A stretch of 32,000 bases of DNA from Guptibacillus hwajinpoensis (GCF_039851965.1 NZ_CP156674.1:1889286-1921285), one strand, 5' to 3'. Counted from the first letter of the stretch, positions 1 through 10,770 are shown. The notes: generated by a model not told the origin, from the sequence alone. Numbers and translations: made by a program.

Positions 1-615
1 TGCGAATGCAATAAGGCCAAAACGAGACACCAGTCCGTATGTGGGCTTTAATCCAACTACACCACAGAACGCGGCAGGCTGACGGATTGAACCCCCAGTA
101 TCAGATCCAAGTGAGAAGAAAACTTCTCCAGCAGCTACTGATGCTGCTGAACCACCGCTTGATCCACCTGGTACATAGTCTGTATTCCATGGGTTACGCG
201 TACCATAGAAACCTGAGTTTTCATTTGAAGAGCCCATTGCGAACTCATCCATATTCAGTTTGCCGACAGTGATCGTTTCCGCCGCATTTAAGCGCTCGAC
301 TACCGTTGCGTTATGTAATGGATCAAAGTTGCTTAGAAGCTGACTTGACGCTGTCGTGCGAAGTCCTTTTGTAACGATGTTATCTTTCACACCAACAGGA
401 AGACCGAAAAGTAGTCCTCTAGCTTCTTCTGTTCCAAGCTTTTCATCCAGCGCTTTAGCTGCTTGCTTTGCGCCTTCTTCATTCAATGTCATGAACGCCT
501 TTACTTTGTTATCAACGCTATTAATGCGATCAAACGACGTTTGAACGAGTTCACATACTGATAATTCTTTTTTGTGCAGCAAGCTGTGTAGCTCACTTAT
601 GCTTTTATCAAACAA
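1..615 (-). CDS. gatA: Glu/Asp-tRNA amidotransferase subunit A, N-terminal ~205 codons (continues beyond window start)
   Basis: Manual minus-strand translation from TTG at 615 gives [19 protein letters not shown]...[10 protein letters not shown]...[17 protein letters not shown]...[16 protein letters not shown] (amidase signature). The frame stays open to base 1. It starts 14 nt after the gatC stop. It is absent from the ORF track because it is truncated. Confidence 0.93.
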   Translation of the reverse strand, partial: MFDKSISELHSLLHKKELSVCELVQTSFDRINSVDNKVKAFMTLNEEGAKQAAKALDEKLGTEEARGLLFGLPVGVKDNIVTKGLRTTASSQLLSNFDPLHNATVVERLNAAETITVGKLNMDEFAMGSSNENSGFYGTRNPWNTDYVPGGSSGGSAASVAAGEVFFSLGSDTGGSIRQPAAFCGVVGLKPTYGLVSRFGLIAFA

Positions 616-629
616 GGACGTTGCCTCCC

Positions 630-920
630 TTACTCAAATATTGATGGTACTTTAACTTGACCATTCTCTTTATCTGGTGCGTTTTTCAATGCTTCTTCAC
701 GAGAAAGCCACGGCTGTACTTTGTCTTCACGAAGCACATTTTTCAAATCTAGAACGTGTGTTGTAGGCTCAACGTTCTCTGTATCTAATTCATTCAGCTG
801 CTCCGCCATTGAAATAATGTCATCAAGCTGAGTCGTAAACTTTTCGACTTCTGCATCATCCATTTCAAGTCTTGCCAGGTTCGCTACGTGCTTCACCTGT
901 TCTTTGGTAATTCTGGACAT
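630..920 (-). CDS. gatC: Glu/Asp-tRNA amidotransferase subunit C (96 aa)
   Basis: [19 protein letters not shown]...FTTQLDDII is typical GatC. GGAGGTGAAGGAA precedes the ATG at 920. The track ORF start at 1022 is an unsupported N-terminal extension. Confidence 0.93.
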   Translation of the reverse strand: MSRITKEQVKHVANLARLEMDDAEVEKFTTQLDDIISMAEQLNELDTENVEPTTHVLDLKNVLREDKVQPWLSREEALKNAPDKENGQVKVPSIFE

Positions 921-962
921 TTCCTTCACCTCCACAAATTTCGAACAACCTGCAATATATAG

Positions 963-992
963 ATGATACCAAAAACAGGCTTCATTAAGCAA
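963..992 (-). promoter_or_regulatory. Candidate sigma-A promoter for gatCAB
   Basis: Minus strand reads TTGCTT (992-987), an 18-nt spacer, then TGgTATCAT (extended -10, TATCAT at 968-963), about 45 nt upstream of the gatC ATG. Confidence 0.35.
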
Positions 993-1083
993 CAGAACGC
1001 AGTTTGTTCCATTATTAAACAAACGTTTGTTTACATACGATTAATTAAACGTTTATTTAACTTTTCACATTAGCCCGGTGTTA

Positions 1084-1116
1084 TAAAAAAAGACTCACCC
1101 TTTTAAGGAGTGAGTC
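1084..1116 (-). terminator. Rho-independent terminator after putP
   Basis: Minus strand has stem GACTCACTCC/GGGTGAGTC with a short loop, followed by TTTTTTTA, 15 nt after the putP stop. Confidence 0.8.
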
Positions 1117-1130
1117 GAGTCAAGAATGTA

Positions 1131-2594
1131 TTAGAATTTAGATACTTTTGCTGCTTCAAATTCAGCTTCAATTTCTTCTCCTGGTCCTTTACCAACAAAG
1201 CTGAATGCCATGACGGCAATCCATGCAAGGATAAAGCCTGGGATCAATTCGTAAAGGTCAAATAGTCCACCGGACAATTGTGCCCATAGAATTACCGTGA
1301 CAGCACCAACAATAATACCTGCCAGCGCCCCGTTACGAGTCATACGTTTCCAGAACAGGCTCAGAATAATAACTGGTCCAAACGCGGCACCAAATCCAGC
1401 CCATGCATAACTTACTAGATCAAGAACGCTACTATCCGGGTTGTATGCAAGTAGGATGGCAAGTAAAGCAATAGCAAGAACTGCAATACGACCTACCCAT
1501 ACAAGCTCAGTCTGGCTAGCATTTTTACGAAGGATTGCTTTATAGAAATCCTCTGCTACAGCACTTGACGATACAAGTAGCTGTGAGTCGATAGTACTCA
1601 TAATGGCCGAAAGGATCGCAGCTAGTAAGAAGCCTGATACCCATGGGTTAAAGAGTACTTGAGTAAATTGTATAAACACTGTTTCTGAGTTTGCAAGTCC
1701 ACCTGAGAAGTACGCGATACCGATGAAACCAGTAAAAATCGCACCAAACAGGGATAAAACCATCCATGTCATACCCACAAGGCGTGCTTTAGGAATTTCT
1801 TTGGAAGACTTAACAGCCATAAAGCGGGTAATGATGTGTGGCTGACCGAAATAACCAAGTCCCCAACCAAGCAGGGAGATAATTCCCATGAAACTCATAC
1901 CAGTAAAGATATCAAGATATGTTGTGTCTGTTGCGCCGACTTGATTAACTGTCTCGCTCCAGCCACCCATTTCATATAGGGCAACAATTGGCACGATAAC
2001 GAGTGCAAGGAACATTAGAATTCCCTGGAAGAAGTCTGTCCAGCTTACAGCTAAGAAACCACCGAGGAACGTATAAGAAATGATAACAAGTGCACCGATC
2101 CACAATGCAGCTTCATAGCTCATTCCGAACGAGCTTTCAAACAGGATTGCGCCCCCAACAAGACCTGAAGACGTGTAGAACGTAAAAAATACAAGAATGA
2201 CAATCGCTGAAAGGACACGAAGTGCTTTCGAGCCATCACGGAAACGGTTTTCGAGATAATCCGGAACCGTAATTGAATCATTCGCAACTTCTGTGTAACG
2301 ACGAAGACGCGAAGCGACAAACTGCCAGTTCAGGTAAGCTCCGATTGCGAGCCCAATCCCAATCCATATTTGACTCATACCACCTGCATACATTGCACCA
2401 GGTAGTCCTAGCAAGAGCCAGCTACTCATATCTGATGCACCAGCACTTAGTGCGGCAACAGATCCACCTAATCTTCTTCCTCCAAGAACATAATCGGACA
2501 AATTACTTGTCATACGATACGCAATTAATCCAATTACAAGCATACCGACAAGATAAACTATAAATGTGACTAGTGTTGGCAATTCAATACCCAT
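1131..2594 (-). CDS. putP: Sodium:proline symporter, SSS family (PutP/OpuE type), 487 aa
   Basis: Near full-length resemblance to E. coli PutP as I recall it (LGGRRLGG..ALSAGASDMSSWLLLGLPGA, GGFLAVSWTDFFQG, GWGLGYFGQPHI, SYAWAGFGAAFGPV). Its position next to gatCAB mirrors B. subtilis opuE. PutP versus OpuE cannot be decided from sequence alone. Confidence 0.9.
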   Translation of the reverse strand: MGIELPTLVTFIVYLVGMLVIGLIAYRMTSNLSDYVLGGRRLGGSVAALSAGASDMSSWLLLGLPGAMYAGGMSQIWIGIGLAIGAYLNWQFVASRLRRYTEVANDSITVPDYLENRFRDGSKALRVLSAIVILVFFTFYTSSGLVGGAILFESSFGMSYEAALWIGALVIISYTFLGGFLAVSWTDFFQGILMFLALVIVPIVALYEMGGWSETVNQVGATDTTYLDIFTGMSFMGIISLLGWGLGYFGQPHIITRFMAVKSSKEIPKARLVGMTWMVLSLFGAIFTGFIGIAYFSGGLANSETVFIQFTQVLFNPWVSGFLLAAILSAIMSTIDSQLLVSSSAVAEDFYKAILRKNASQTELVWVGRIAVLAIALLAILLAYNPDSSVLDLVSYAWAGFGAAFGPVIILSLFWKRMTRNGALAGIIVGAVTVILWAQLSGGLFDLYELIPGFILAWIAVMAFSFVGKGPGEEIEAEFEAAKVSKF

Positions 2595-2600
2595 CGAGTA

Positions 2601-2705
2601 CTATTCTCTCCTTTCAGTAAAAAAAGTTATTATTGATAATACGACTAATAAAGGCATTGGTATAAGTAACCAGAACCATGTTGCGGTAGTTAAGGTGTAT
2701 TCCAC
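2601..2705 (-). CDS. Candidate 34-aa single-TM peptide immediately upstream of putP
   Basis: GTG at 2705 is preceded by GGAGGGGGTGA (about 7 nt spacing). The peptide is (M)EYTLTTATWFWLLIPMPLLVVLSIITFFTERRE. Its last codons contain the putP SD (GAAAGGAGAG), and the stop TAG lies 6 nt before the putP ATG. It is the C-terminal part of track ORF 2601..2798. Confidence 0.35.
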   Translation of the reverse strand: MEYTLTTATWFWLLIPMPLLVVLSIITFFTERRE

Positions 2706-3205
2706 ACTTTCACCCCCTCCAAAGTCAATATTCACAGCTATACATTTTCTCTGTGAATTCAAATTATAAATGTAGACCATTAGTCCTTTACAAACCAATG
2801 ATTACTATATCATAAAATTATTTTCAGAACAATTAAAATATTATATACTAAACTTTTTAATGAATAAATATTCATTATTTCAATTTATTTCCTTGATTTA
2901 GAAAGTATAACATAATAAGTATTCACGAAAACTTATTTAAATAAATTGATGATAATGTGAAGGGAAGTCACACTTTAGTAATATTTACCCACCATTTTGT
3001 AATGTTAACCTTCAAATTGAAATATTTTTTTATATAGTGCCGCTTATTCTTCCATTTCATACGTATTAGTCTTCAAAATATATAACGCTTAAACGGAGAT
3101 CAGTCAACATGGCTTACCCTCTTCTATAGATATAAAATGAATGGCCGACCCCATATTGGAAATGTATAATGATCTATTGTTAATCCAAATCGAAAAGATT
3201 ACTGT

Positions 3206-3233
3206 TTGCAAAACGTAATCATTACGATATAAT
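3206..3233 (+). promoter_or_regulatory. Sigma-A promoter overlapped by a Zur box
   Basis: TTGCAA (3206-3211), a 16-nt spacer, then TATAAT (3228-3233). The spacer contains AACGTAATCATTACGAT (3212-3228), a near-perfect match to the B. subtilis Zur box core TCGTAATNATTACGA. Confidence 0.75.
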
Positions 3234-3269
3234 ATGTAATACCATTTGATTAATAAGGAAAAGGAGAAT

Positions 3270-4229
3270 ATGATGAAAAGATATTTTAAAATCGCTTTGT
3301 TATTACCTATAGCTACTTTTCTACTAGCGGCTTGCGCTCCTGATCAGTCCGATTCCGATACAGAAGGGAAACTCGTTATTTATACAACCCTCTATCCCCT
3401 TGAATACTTCACCGAACGAATCGGCGGTGATGAAGTGAAGACGGAGTCCATCATTCCACCTGGCAGCGATGCGCATAGTTTTGAACCGACTACAAAAACG
3501 ATGACAGAACTCGCAGAAGCAGATCTTTTCATCTATAACGGTGCTGGCATGGAAGGCTTCGCAGAGGCAGCCAAAGAAACATTACAAAATGAAGATGTAA
3601 CGGTGATGGAGGCATCTGAAGGAATTCATTTCGAGGAATCAGAAGAAGAACACGAGGAGCACGAAGGTCATGCGGAAGAAAGTCATGAGGGTCACGAGCA
3701 TGGCGACATCAACCCACACGTTTGGATTGATCCTCTCTTGGCCATTCAACAGGCTGAAAACATTAAATCTGAAATGATCGACTTAGCACCTGAGAAAAAA
3801 GAAACATTCGAAGCAAATTTTGCATCATTAAAAGAAGATCTTTATGCACTCGATCAGTCATTTAAAGAAATGGTCGAAGCTGCCCCGGAGAAGGAGTTTC
3901 TTATTTCTCATGATGCTTACAGTTATTGGGAGACACGATATGGACTTGAACAACTGAGTGTATCAGGTTTATCTCCTGCCCAGGAACCAACTCAGAAGCA
4001 GCTTGAGGATATCATTCAAACGGCTGAGGATCATGACCTCTCCTATATGATATTTGAACAGAACGCTACACCGAAGCCCGCTAAGGCAGTGCAACGAGAA
4101 CTCGGATTTGAAACACTTCGTATTCATAATTTATCTGTTTTAACAGAAGAAGATGTGGCGAACAATGAGACGTATTTAACGCTCATGGAAAAGAACATCG
4201 AAACAATGAAAAAAGCACTAAGCGAATAA
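3270..4229 (+). CDS. znuA: Zinc ABC-transporter substrate-binding lipoprotein (ZnuA/AdcA cluster-9 family) with His/Glu-rich loop
   Basis: Lipobox LLAAC follows the signal peptide. The fold resembles metal SBPs (GSDAHSFEPT, NPHVWIDP, HDAYSYW). The acidic His-rich loop HFEESEEEHEEHEGHAEESHEGHEHGD lies at 3627-3707. AAGGAG sits before ATG 3270/3273; the track start at 3246 (TTG) is unlikely. A Zur box lies upstream. Confidence 0.85.
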   Translation: MMKRYFKIALLLPIATFLLAACAPDQSDSDTEGKLVIYTTLYPLEYFTERIGGDEVKTESIIPPGSDAHSFEPTTKTMTELAEADLFIYNGAGMEGFAEAAKETLQNEDVTVMEASEGIHFEESEEEHEEHEGHAEESHEGHEHGDINPHVWIDPLLAIQQAENIKSEMIDLAPEKKETFEANFASLKEDLYALDQSFKEMVEAAPEKEFLISHDAYSYWETRYGLEQLSVSGLSPAQEPTQKQLEDIIQTAEDHDLSYMIFEQNATPKPAKAVQRELGFETLRIHNLSVLTEEDVANNETYLTLMEKNIETMKKALSE

Positions 4230-4240
4230 CCAAATTAGCA

Positions 4241-4269
4241 AAAAGCCCACTCTGGCGAGCGGGCTTTTT
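4241..4269. terminator. Bidirectional terminator shared by znuA-like gene and camS
   Basis: AAAAAGCCCACTC-tggc-GAGCGGGCTTTTTA hairpin with an A-run and a T-run on either side, between convergent stops at 4229 and 4271. Confidence 0.8.
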
Positions 4270-4270
4270 A

Positions 4271-5482
4271 TTATTGATAAATATGAACGAACGGCTCTTC
4301 TTCATTTGGATCTTTTACGATCAAACTTTCTGGTTGACCGTTGCTCGTAATGTAGATAGAGACAGGTAAGTTCTGCGGGAATGTGTCGTTTCGTTTTTTA
4401 ACGAGACCATTTACGAACTGGGTAAATGAAATGACTTCCGCTTTACTGTAAAACTGGATCGGAATTTCAACTTTCAACTGGCTAAGTTCATCCTTTTTAT
4501 AGAATCCTGTTCCAATGACACCTACAAAGTTAGGGAAGAAGTCCTGTATTTCACGGGTGAAGTCATCAAACTTCTCAGCTTCTGCAGGGAATTCCTCCTC
4601 TGCAGCCGATGAAGGGAACGCCACGTATTTTTCATTTAAATCTTTCCATGAACCTGGACTCGACTTCCCTTCTTCTACAAATGCACTTGCAACGTAGTTA
4701 CCAGGAACGACCGATTGTCTCGGTTTTTCCATGAATAGAGTGAACATAATTGGTACGTCATGCTCCGCACGTATTTTTTTAATAATAGGCGCAATGGATT
4801 CCTTTGCTTTTTCAATCACTTCTTGTTTATCAAGATCCACCGATCCTGTGTACTTCAGGCCAGCTTCATCAAGAACGGAGTACGAGTACTCACTATAAAG
4901 CGAGAGGGCAATCGATACACCGCCAAGCTGCAGTTCATCATCTTTGTTTTGAATGTAGTAGTCCTGTTCGTGAATATAGGAAAGGAATTTCGGATTCTTC
5001 TTCTCAGCTTCAATTATTTTCTCATACTGAGCTGGATCTTCCTTTACTCCAAGAGACGGATTGAGTCCTTCTTTGTTCTTGTCACTACTACGGTATAACC
5101 AGCTGTGAATCTGATTAGAATCAAACAGCTGTCCTTCTTTAAAGAAGTATTTCTCAGGGTCAAAGTGTTCTTGAGATAGGCGAATCAATCCTGTTTCCAG
5201 ACTATCCACATCAAGTCGATTATCGACTCCAGCCGTTACTAATCCTCTGACCTTTGAAGCGTCCAGCGAGTTCTTCTCTCCATCTTTTTCAAGGACAGAA
5301 CGATAGTAGGTTTCTGATGTTTTGATATCTTCACTAACGATCATTTCTTCACTTTTTTCGCCTTCTGAGTCAGGCGTCTTCACTGTGTCTTCCTGCTCGT
5401 CCTTCATGAAACTGGGAACACAGCCTGATAAGACAAGCGATAGGGCCATGATGCTAACGATGAACTGTTGCTTCTTTCGCAT
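4271..5482 (-). CDS. camS: CamS-family (YerH-like) lipoprotein, 403 aa
   Basis: Signal peptide with lipobox LVLSGC. Size and position directly downstream of ligA match the B. subtilis pcrA-ligA-yerH arrangement. Confidence 0.75.
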   Translation of the reverse strand: MRKKQQFIVSIMALSLVLSGCVPSFMKDEQEDTVKTPDSEGEKSEEMIVSEDIKTSETYYRSVLEKDGEKNSLDASKVRGLVTAGVDNRLDVDSLETGLIRLSQEHFDPEKYFFKEGQLFDSNQIHSWLYRSSDKNKEGLNPSLGVKEDPAQYEKIIEAEKKNPKFLSYIHEQDYYIQNKDDELQLGGVSIALSLYSEYSYSVLDEAGLKYTGSVDLDKQEVIEKAKESIAPIIKKIRAEHDVPIMFTLFMEKPRQSVVPGNYVASAFVEEGKSSPGSWKDLNEKYVAFPSSAAEEEFPAEAEKFDDFTREIQDFFPNFVGVIGTGFYKKDELSQLKVEIPIQFYSKAEVISFTQFVNGLVKKRNDTFPQNLPVSIYITSNGQPESLIVKDPNEEEPFVHIYQ

Positions 5483-5495
5483 TACTTTTCTCTCC

Positions 5496-7505
<2,010 letters not shown>

Positions 7506-7519
7506 TCACCTTCTAATGG

Positions 7520-9733
7520 CTATTGCTTTTCAATCGGGGCAAACTTCGCCAGGAGACGCTTAATCCCTACTGGGTTAGGGAAGGCAATATCAAGCTCTGT
7601 TGAGTCGCCTTCACCTTTAACGCTAACAACCGTTCCAACTCCCCATTTGCGATGACTAGCTTTGTCACCCACCTTCCAGTCAAGCGAGTCACCTCCAGTT
7701 GACGTTAGCTGAGGTCTTCGTGGATGCTTCGGCGTAGCCGATCTTGAAGAACGCGGGCTTGAGAACGGAGATGCAGGCTTTTCCTGCCCTTCTTTTTCTA
7801 GCAATTCTTCCGGAATTTCTCCGATAAAACGGGATACCGGGTTTGTATTAGTCTTACCATAAAGCGTACGAAGACGAGCGTTTGTTAAGAAAAGCTCTTC
7901 CTCAGCCCTCGTGATTCCTACATAGGCAAGACGGCGCTCCTCTTCCATTTCCTCTTCTTCAAAGAGTGAGCGACTATGAGGGAAAACCCCTTCTTCCATA
8001 CCGATTAAGAAGACTACAGGGAACTCTAATCCTTTTGCAGAGTGAAGCGTCATAAGGGTAACAGCTTCCTTCTGTTCGTTTTCATCTTCATCTAGCTTAT
8101 CTATATCTGCTACAAGAGCAAGGTCAGTTAGAAACGCAATAAGGCTTTTATCTTCACTTGCCTTTTCAAATTCTTGAGTAACAGATAAGAATTCATCAAT
8201 GTTCTCTAATCGTGTTTGAGCTTCAATCGTATTCTCGTTTCTTAAAGAATCGCGGTAACCTGACTTATCAATCACTTCCTCAACAAGTTCAGACACAGCC
8301 AGATACTCCTGCATCTGTGTCCAATTCGCCATTTGATTGCCGAACGTTCGAAGCGATTTTGTAAATCGTGCCCCAAGTCCAATTTGCTCCACCTCTTGAA
8401 GTGCTGTGAAAATTGAAATATCCTGGTTGGCAGCATACTGAGCAACTTTATCCATTGTAGACGCCCCAACACCCCGTTTTGGTACATTCACAATTCGTAA
8501 TAGACTGATATCATCATCTGGATTTGCAATCAAACGAAGATAAGCAAGCACATCTTTAATTTCTTTTCGATCATAGAACTTTGTTCCGCCGACAATGTTG
8601 TACGTAATATTGGATTTATTTAAAATTTCCTCGACGACCCGGGACTGAGCATTTGTGCGGTAAAGAATCGCAATCTGAGAATTTGTGCGCTTCCCGCTAT
8701 TCACCATATCAAGAATCTTCCCAGTTACAAAACGACTTTCATCATGCTCATCATTACCCTGGAAGTACGTAATATGAGGGCCATCTTGATTATCTGTCCA
8801 GAGCTTTTTCGGTTTACGATTCATATTGTTTTCAATCACAATATTTGCAGCTTGGAGAATTTTCTTAGTGGACCGGTAATTCTGTTCAAGAAAAATAGCT
8901 CGCGCGCTTGGATAGTCTTTCTCGAATGAAAGGATATTCTGAATATCAGCACCACGCCAGCGATAAATGGACTGATCAGAGTCACCAACAACACAGAGAT
9001 TCTGATATTTTTCAGCCATTAATTTAACAAGTACATATTGGGCTTTGTTCGTATCCTGATACTCATCAACATGAATATACTGGAATTTACGCTGATAGAA
9101 CTCAAGTACTTCAGGCACTTTCTTGAAAAGCGTTATTGTACGCATGATCAAGTCATCGAAATCAAGGGCCTGATTTTTTCGCAGCTGTTTCTGATACTGC
9201 TCGTACACATCTGAAACAACGCTCTCATAAGGTCCTTTTGCGTTAGCTTTATAATCCTCAGGCGTCTCGAGTTCATTCTTCGCAGAGCTAATGCTACCGA
9301 GAATGCCTCTAGGCTCGAATTTCTTCGGATCCACGTTCTGTTCTTTCAATATTTTCTTAATAACCGTTAGCTGATCGCCTGAATCAAGAATGGTAAAATT
9401 ACGATTAATTCCGATACGATCTCCATCTCTTCTTAGAATTCGCACACACATCGAGTGGAACGTGGAAATCCAGATGTCCTCTGCAACAGGACCAGTAATG
9501 GAGTTCACTCGCTCTCTCATCTCTCGTGCGGCCTTATTCGTAAATGTGATCGCAAGAATGTTCCAAGGGGAAACTTGCTTCTCAACAAGTAAGTAAGCAA
9601 TCCGATGCGTTAGTACCCTTGTTTTCCCACTTCCAGCACCGGCCATAATTAAGAGCGGTCCGTCCGTATGCTTGACCGCTTCCTGCTGTTCAGGGTTCAA
9701 CCCGTTTAATAATTTATCAACTATTCGCTGCAT
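7520..9733 (-). CDS. pcrA: ATP-dependent DNA helicase PcrA (UvrD/Rep family), 737 aa
   Basis: LNPEQQEAV, Walker [15 protein letters not shown], and a C-terminal KWGVGTVV Tudor-like tail. Synteny pcrB-pcrA-ligA. Confidence 0.97.
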   Translation of the reverse strand: MQRIVDKLLNGLNPEQQEAVKHTDGPLLIMAGAGSGKTRVLTHRIAYLLVEKQVSPWNILAITFTNKAAREMRERVNSITGPVAEDIWISTFHSMCVRILRRDGDRIGINRNFTILDSGDQLTVIKKILKEQNVDPKKFEPRGILGSISSAKNELETPEDYKANAKGPYESVVSDVYEQYQKQLRKNQALDFDDLIMRTITLFKKVPEVLEFYQRKFQYIHVDEYQDTNKAQYVLVKLMAEKYQNLCVVGDSDQSIYRWRGADIQNILSFEKDYPSARAIFLEQNYRSTKKILQAANIVIENNMNRKPKKLWTDNQDGPHITYFQGNDEHDESRFVTGKILDMVNSGKRTNSQIAILYRTNAQSRVVEEILNKSNITYNIVGGTKFYDRKEIKDVLAYLRLIANPDDDISLLRIVNVPKRGVGASTMDKVAQYAANQDISIFTALQEVEQIGLGARFTKSLRTFGNQMANWTQMQEYLAVSELVEEVIDKSGYRDSLRNENTIEAQTRLENIDEFLSVTQEFEKASEDKSLIAFLTDLALVADIDKLDEDENEQKEAVTLMTLHSAKGLEFPVVFLIGMEEGVFPHSRSLFEEEEMEEERRLAYVGITRAEEELFLTNARLRTLYGKTNTNPVSRFIGEIPEELLEKEGQEKPASPFSSPRSSRSATPKHPRRPQLTSTGGDSLDWKVGDKASHRKWGVGTVVSVKGEGDSTELDIAFPNPVGIKRLLAKFAPIEKQ

Positions 9734-9749
9734 GTTTTCGCACTCCTTA

Positions 9750-9763
9750 CAAACATATGTTCT
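9750..9763 (-). promoter_or_regulatory. Candidate LexA (Cheo/SOS) box at the pcrA transcription start
   Basis: Minus strand AGAACATATGTTTG matches 12 of 14 positions of CGAACATATGTTCG, with one GAAC half-site perfect. It starts 9 nt after the -10 hexamer. Confidence 0.5.
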
Positions 9764-9771
9764 TATCTCTT

Positions 9772-9800
9772 ATTTTATCTCATCGACTGGAGAGAATCAA
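9772..9800 (-). promoter_or_regulatory. Sigma-A promoter for pcrA-ligA-camS
   Basis: Minus strand reads TTGATT (9800-9795), a 17-nt spacer, then TAAAAT (9777-9772). The -35 element overlaps the pcrB stop codon. Confidence 0.65.
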
Positions 9801-10486
9801 TTTCCTTTAACGGCAGCAACTGTTTTAATCGCCTGCTTTACATTATCGTATATACTATTCCCTACAATAACAGTATCAGCATAAGCTGCCATTTCTTTCG
9901 CTTTCTCAGGAGAATCAATACCTCCACCATAGAATAGCTGTGTATCATCAAGCACATTGCTGACTCTTCGAACAAGATCCGCATCACCGTACGTACCGCT
10001 ATACTCCACATAAAAAATTGGCAGCTTGAACATCTTCTCTGCCATTCGTGCGTAAGCAAGCACATCGTCCTCATCAATTGTTGTATTCGCAGAAGTCAGC
10101 CTGGCTACCTTCGAGTCACTATTCAGGATACAATACCCTTCCATGATAATTTCATCCCAATTCATAATTTCACCGAATTCTTTTACCGCTTCATGATGCA
10201 AGCCCGTTACCCAGCGACTGTCTTCGGTATTCAATACTGTCGGAATAAAGTAGAAATCAAACCCAGGCGTCACAGCTTCAACCGTTGACACCTCAAGAGC
10301 ACATGGTACAGCGTAACGGCGAATTCTTGCAAGCAAATCCAACGTACGATCAAGCGTCACACCATCACTGCCCCCAACAATCACCGCATCCGTCCCAGAC
10401 TCACAAATCGCCTCAAGATCATAATCCTCAATTTCCTTATTCGGATCAAGCTTGAATACATGCTTCCACTCTCGAAAATCAAACAT
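9797..10486 (-). CDS. pcrB: Heptaprenylglyceryl phosphate synthase (GGGP synthase family), 229 aa
   Basis: [15 protein letters not shown]..., GGSDGVT and YGGGI motifs. GGGAGGAAGGG precedes ATG 10486; the track start at 10504 is GTG inside the SD. Confidence 0.92.
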   Translation of the reverse strand: MFDFREWKHVFKLDPNKEIEDYDLEAICESGTDAVIVGGSDGVTLDRTLDLLARIRRYAVPCALEVSTVEAVTPGFDFYFIPTVLNTEDSRWVTGLHHEAVKEFGEIMNWDEIIMEGYCILNSDSKVARLTSANTTIDEDDVLAYARMAEKMFKLPIFYVEYSGTYGDADLVRRVSNVLDDTQLFYGGGIDSPEKAKEMAAYADTVIVGNSIYDNVKQAIKTVAAVKGN

Positions 10487-10521
10487 CCTAACCCTTCCTC
10501 CCACTTTTCCTCATACGTTGG

Positions 10522-10530
10522 ATTATATCA
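10522..10530 (-). promoter_or_regulatory. Candidate extended -10 (TGATATAAT) for pcrB
   Basis: Minus strand TGaTATAAT lies about 36 nt upstream of the pcrB ATG. Only a weak -35 (TTCCGC, 18-nt spacer) is present, and it lies inside repeat copy 1. Confidence 0.4.
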
Positions 10531-10537
10531 AAAAACA

Positions 10538-10646
10538 CACGAAAAGCGGAAGTGGGCGTTTAGACTCGACAGGCACTGGAGCCTTTCAAATTGAACACGT
10601 CTTTTGTGTTCGAGTTGAAAGGTGAAGTGACCGAGAGTCTGCCCAC
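10538..10646. repeat. Intergenic repeat copy 1 (59-bp unit 10538-10596) extended into a ~95-nt imperfect hairpin (10552-10646)
   Basis: Paired blocks are GTGGGC/GCCCAC, AGACTC/GAGTCT, CCTTTCAA/TTGAAAGG and GAACAC/GTGTTC around loop TCTTTT. On the minus strand the hairpin is followed by CGCTTTTCGTGTGTTTTTTG. Confidence 0.8.
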
Positions 10647-10657
10647 TGCAGCTAGAT

Positions 10658-10716
10658 CACGAAAAGCGGAAGTGGGCGTTTAGACCCGACAGGCACTGAA
10701 GCCATCCAAATTGAAC
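10658..10716. repeat. Intergenic repeat copy 2 (left-arm half only)
   Basis: 55 of 59 positions are identical to 10538-10596, offset by exactly 120 bp. The complementary right arm is absent. Confidence 0.8.
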
Positions 10717-10770
10717 CTACTCTTCGTGCACTTCATATAAGAAACCACTTCATATATCTTCTTCCCCAGC

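Noticed and set aside
2601-2798. Full-length 65-aa version of the ORF upstream of putP, and the plus-strand ORF 2566..2769
   Set aside because: The ATG at 2798 has no RBS and would sit upstream of the likely putP promoter (-10 TATAAT at 2768-2763). Only the C-terminal 34 codons with their own SD are kept as a candidate. The plus-strand ORF is antisense and lacks an RBS.
2859-2876. AATGAATAaaTATTCATT palindrome as a Fur/PerR box
   Set aside because: It does not fit the 7-1-7 TGATAATNATTATCA architecture. Palindromes of this kind are expected by chance in such AT-rich DNA. It is mentioned only as part of the AT-rich spacer finding.
10538-10716. Possible CRISPR array or tRNA/sRNA gene in the yerC-pcrB spacer
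   Set aside because: There are only two copies with a 120-bp period and a 59-bp unit. No short conserved repeat alternates with unique spacers, no cas genes are nearby, and there is no cloverleaf. It is treated as a REP/MITE-like structured repeat instead.
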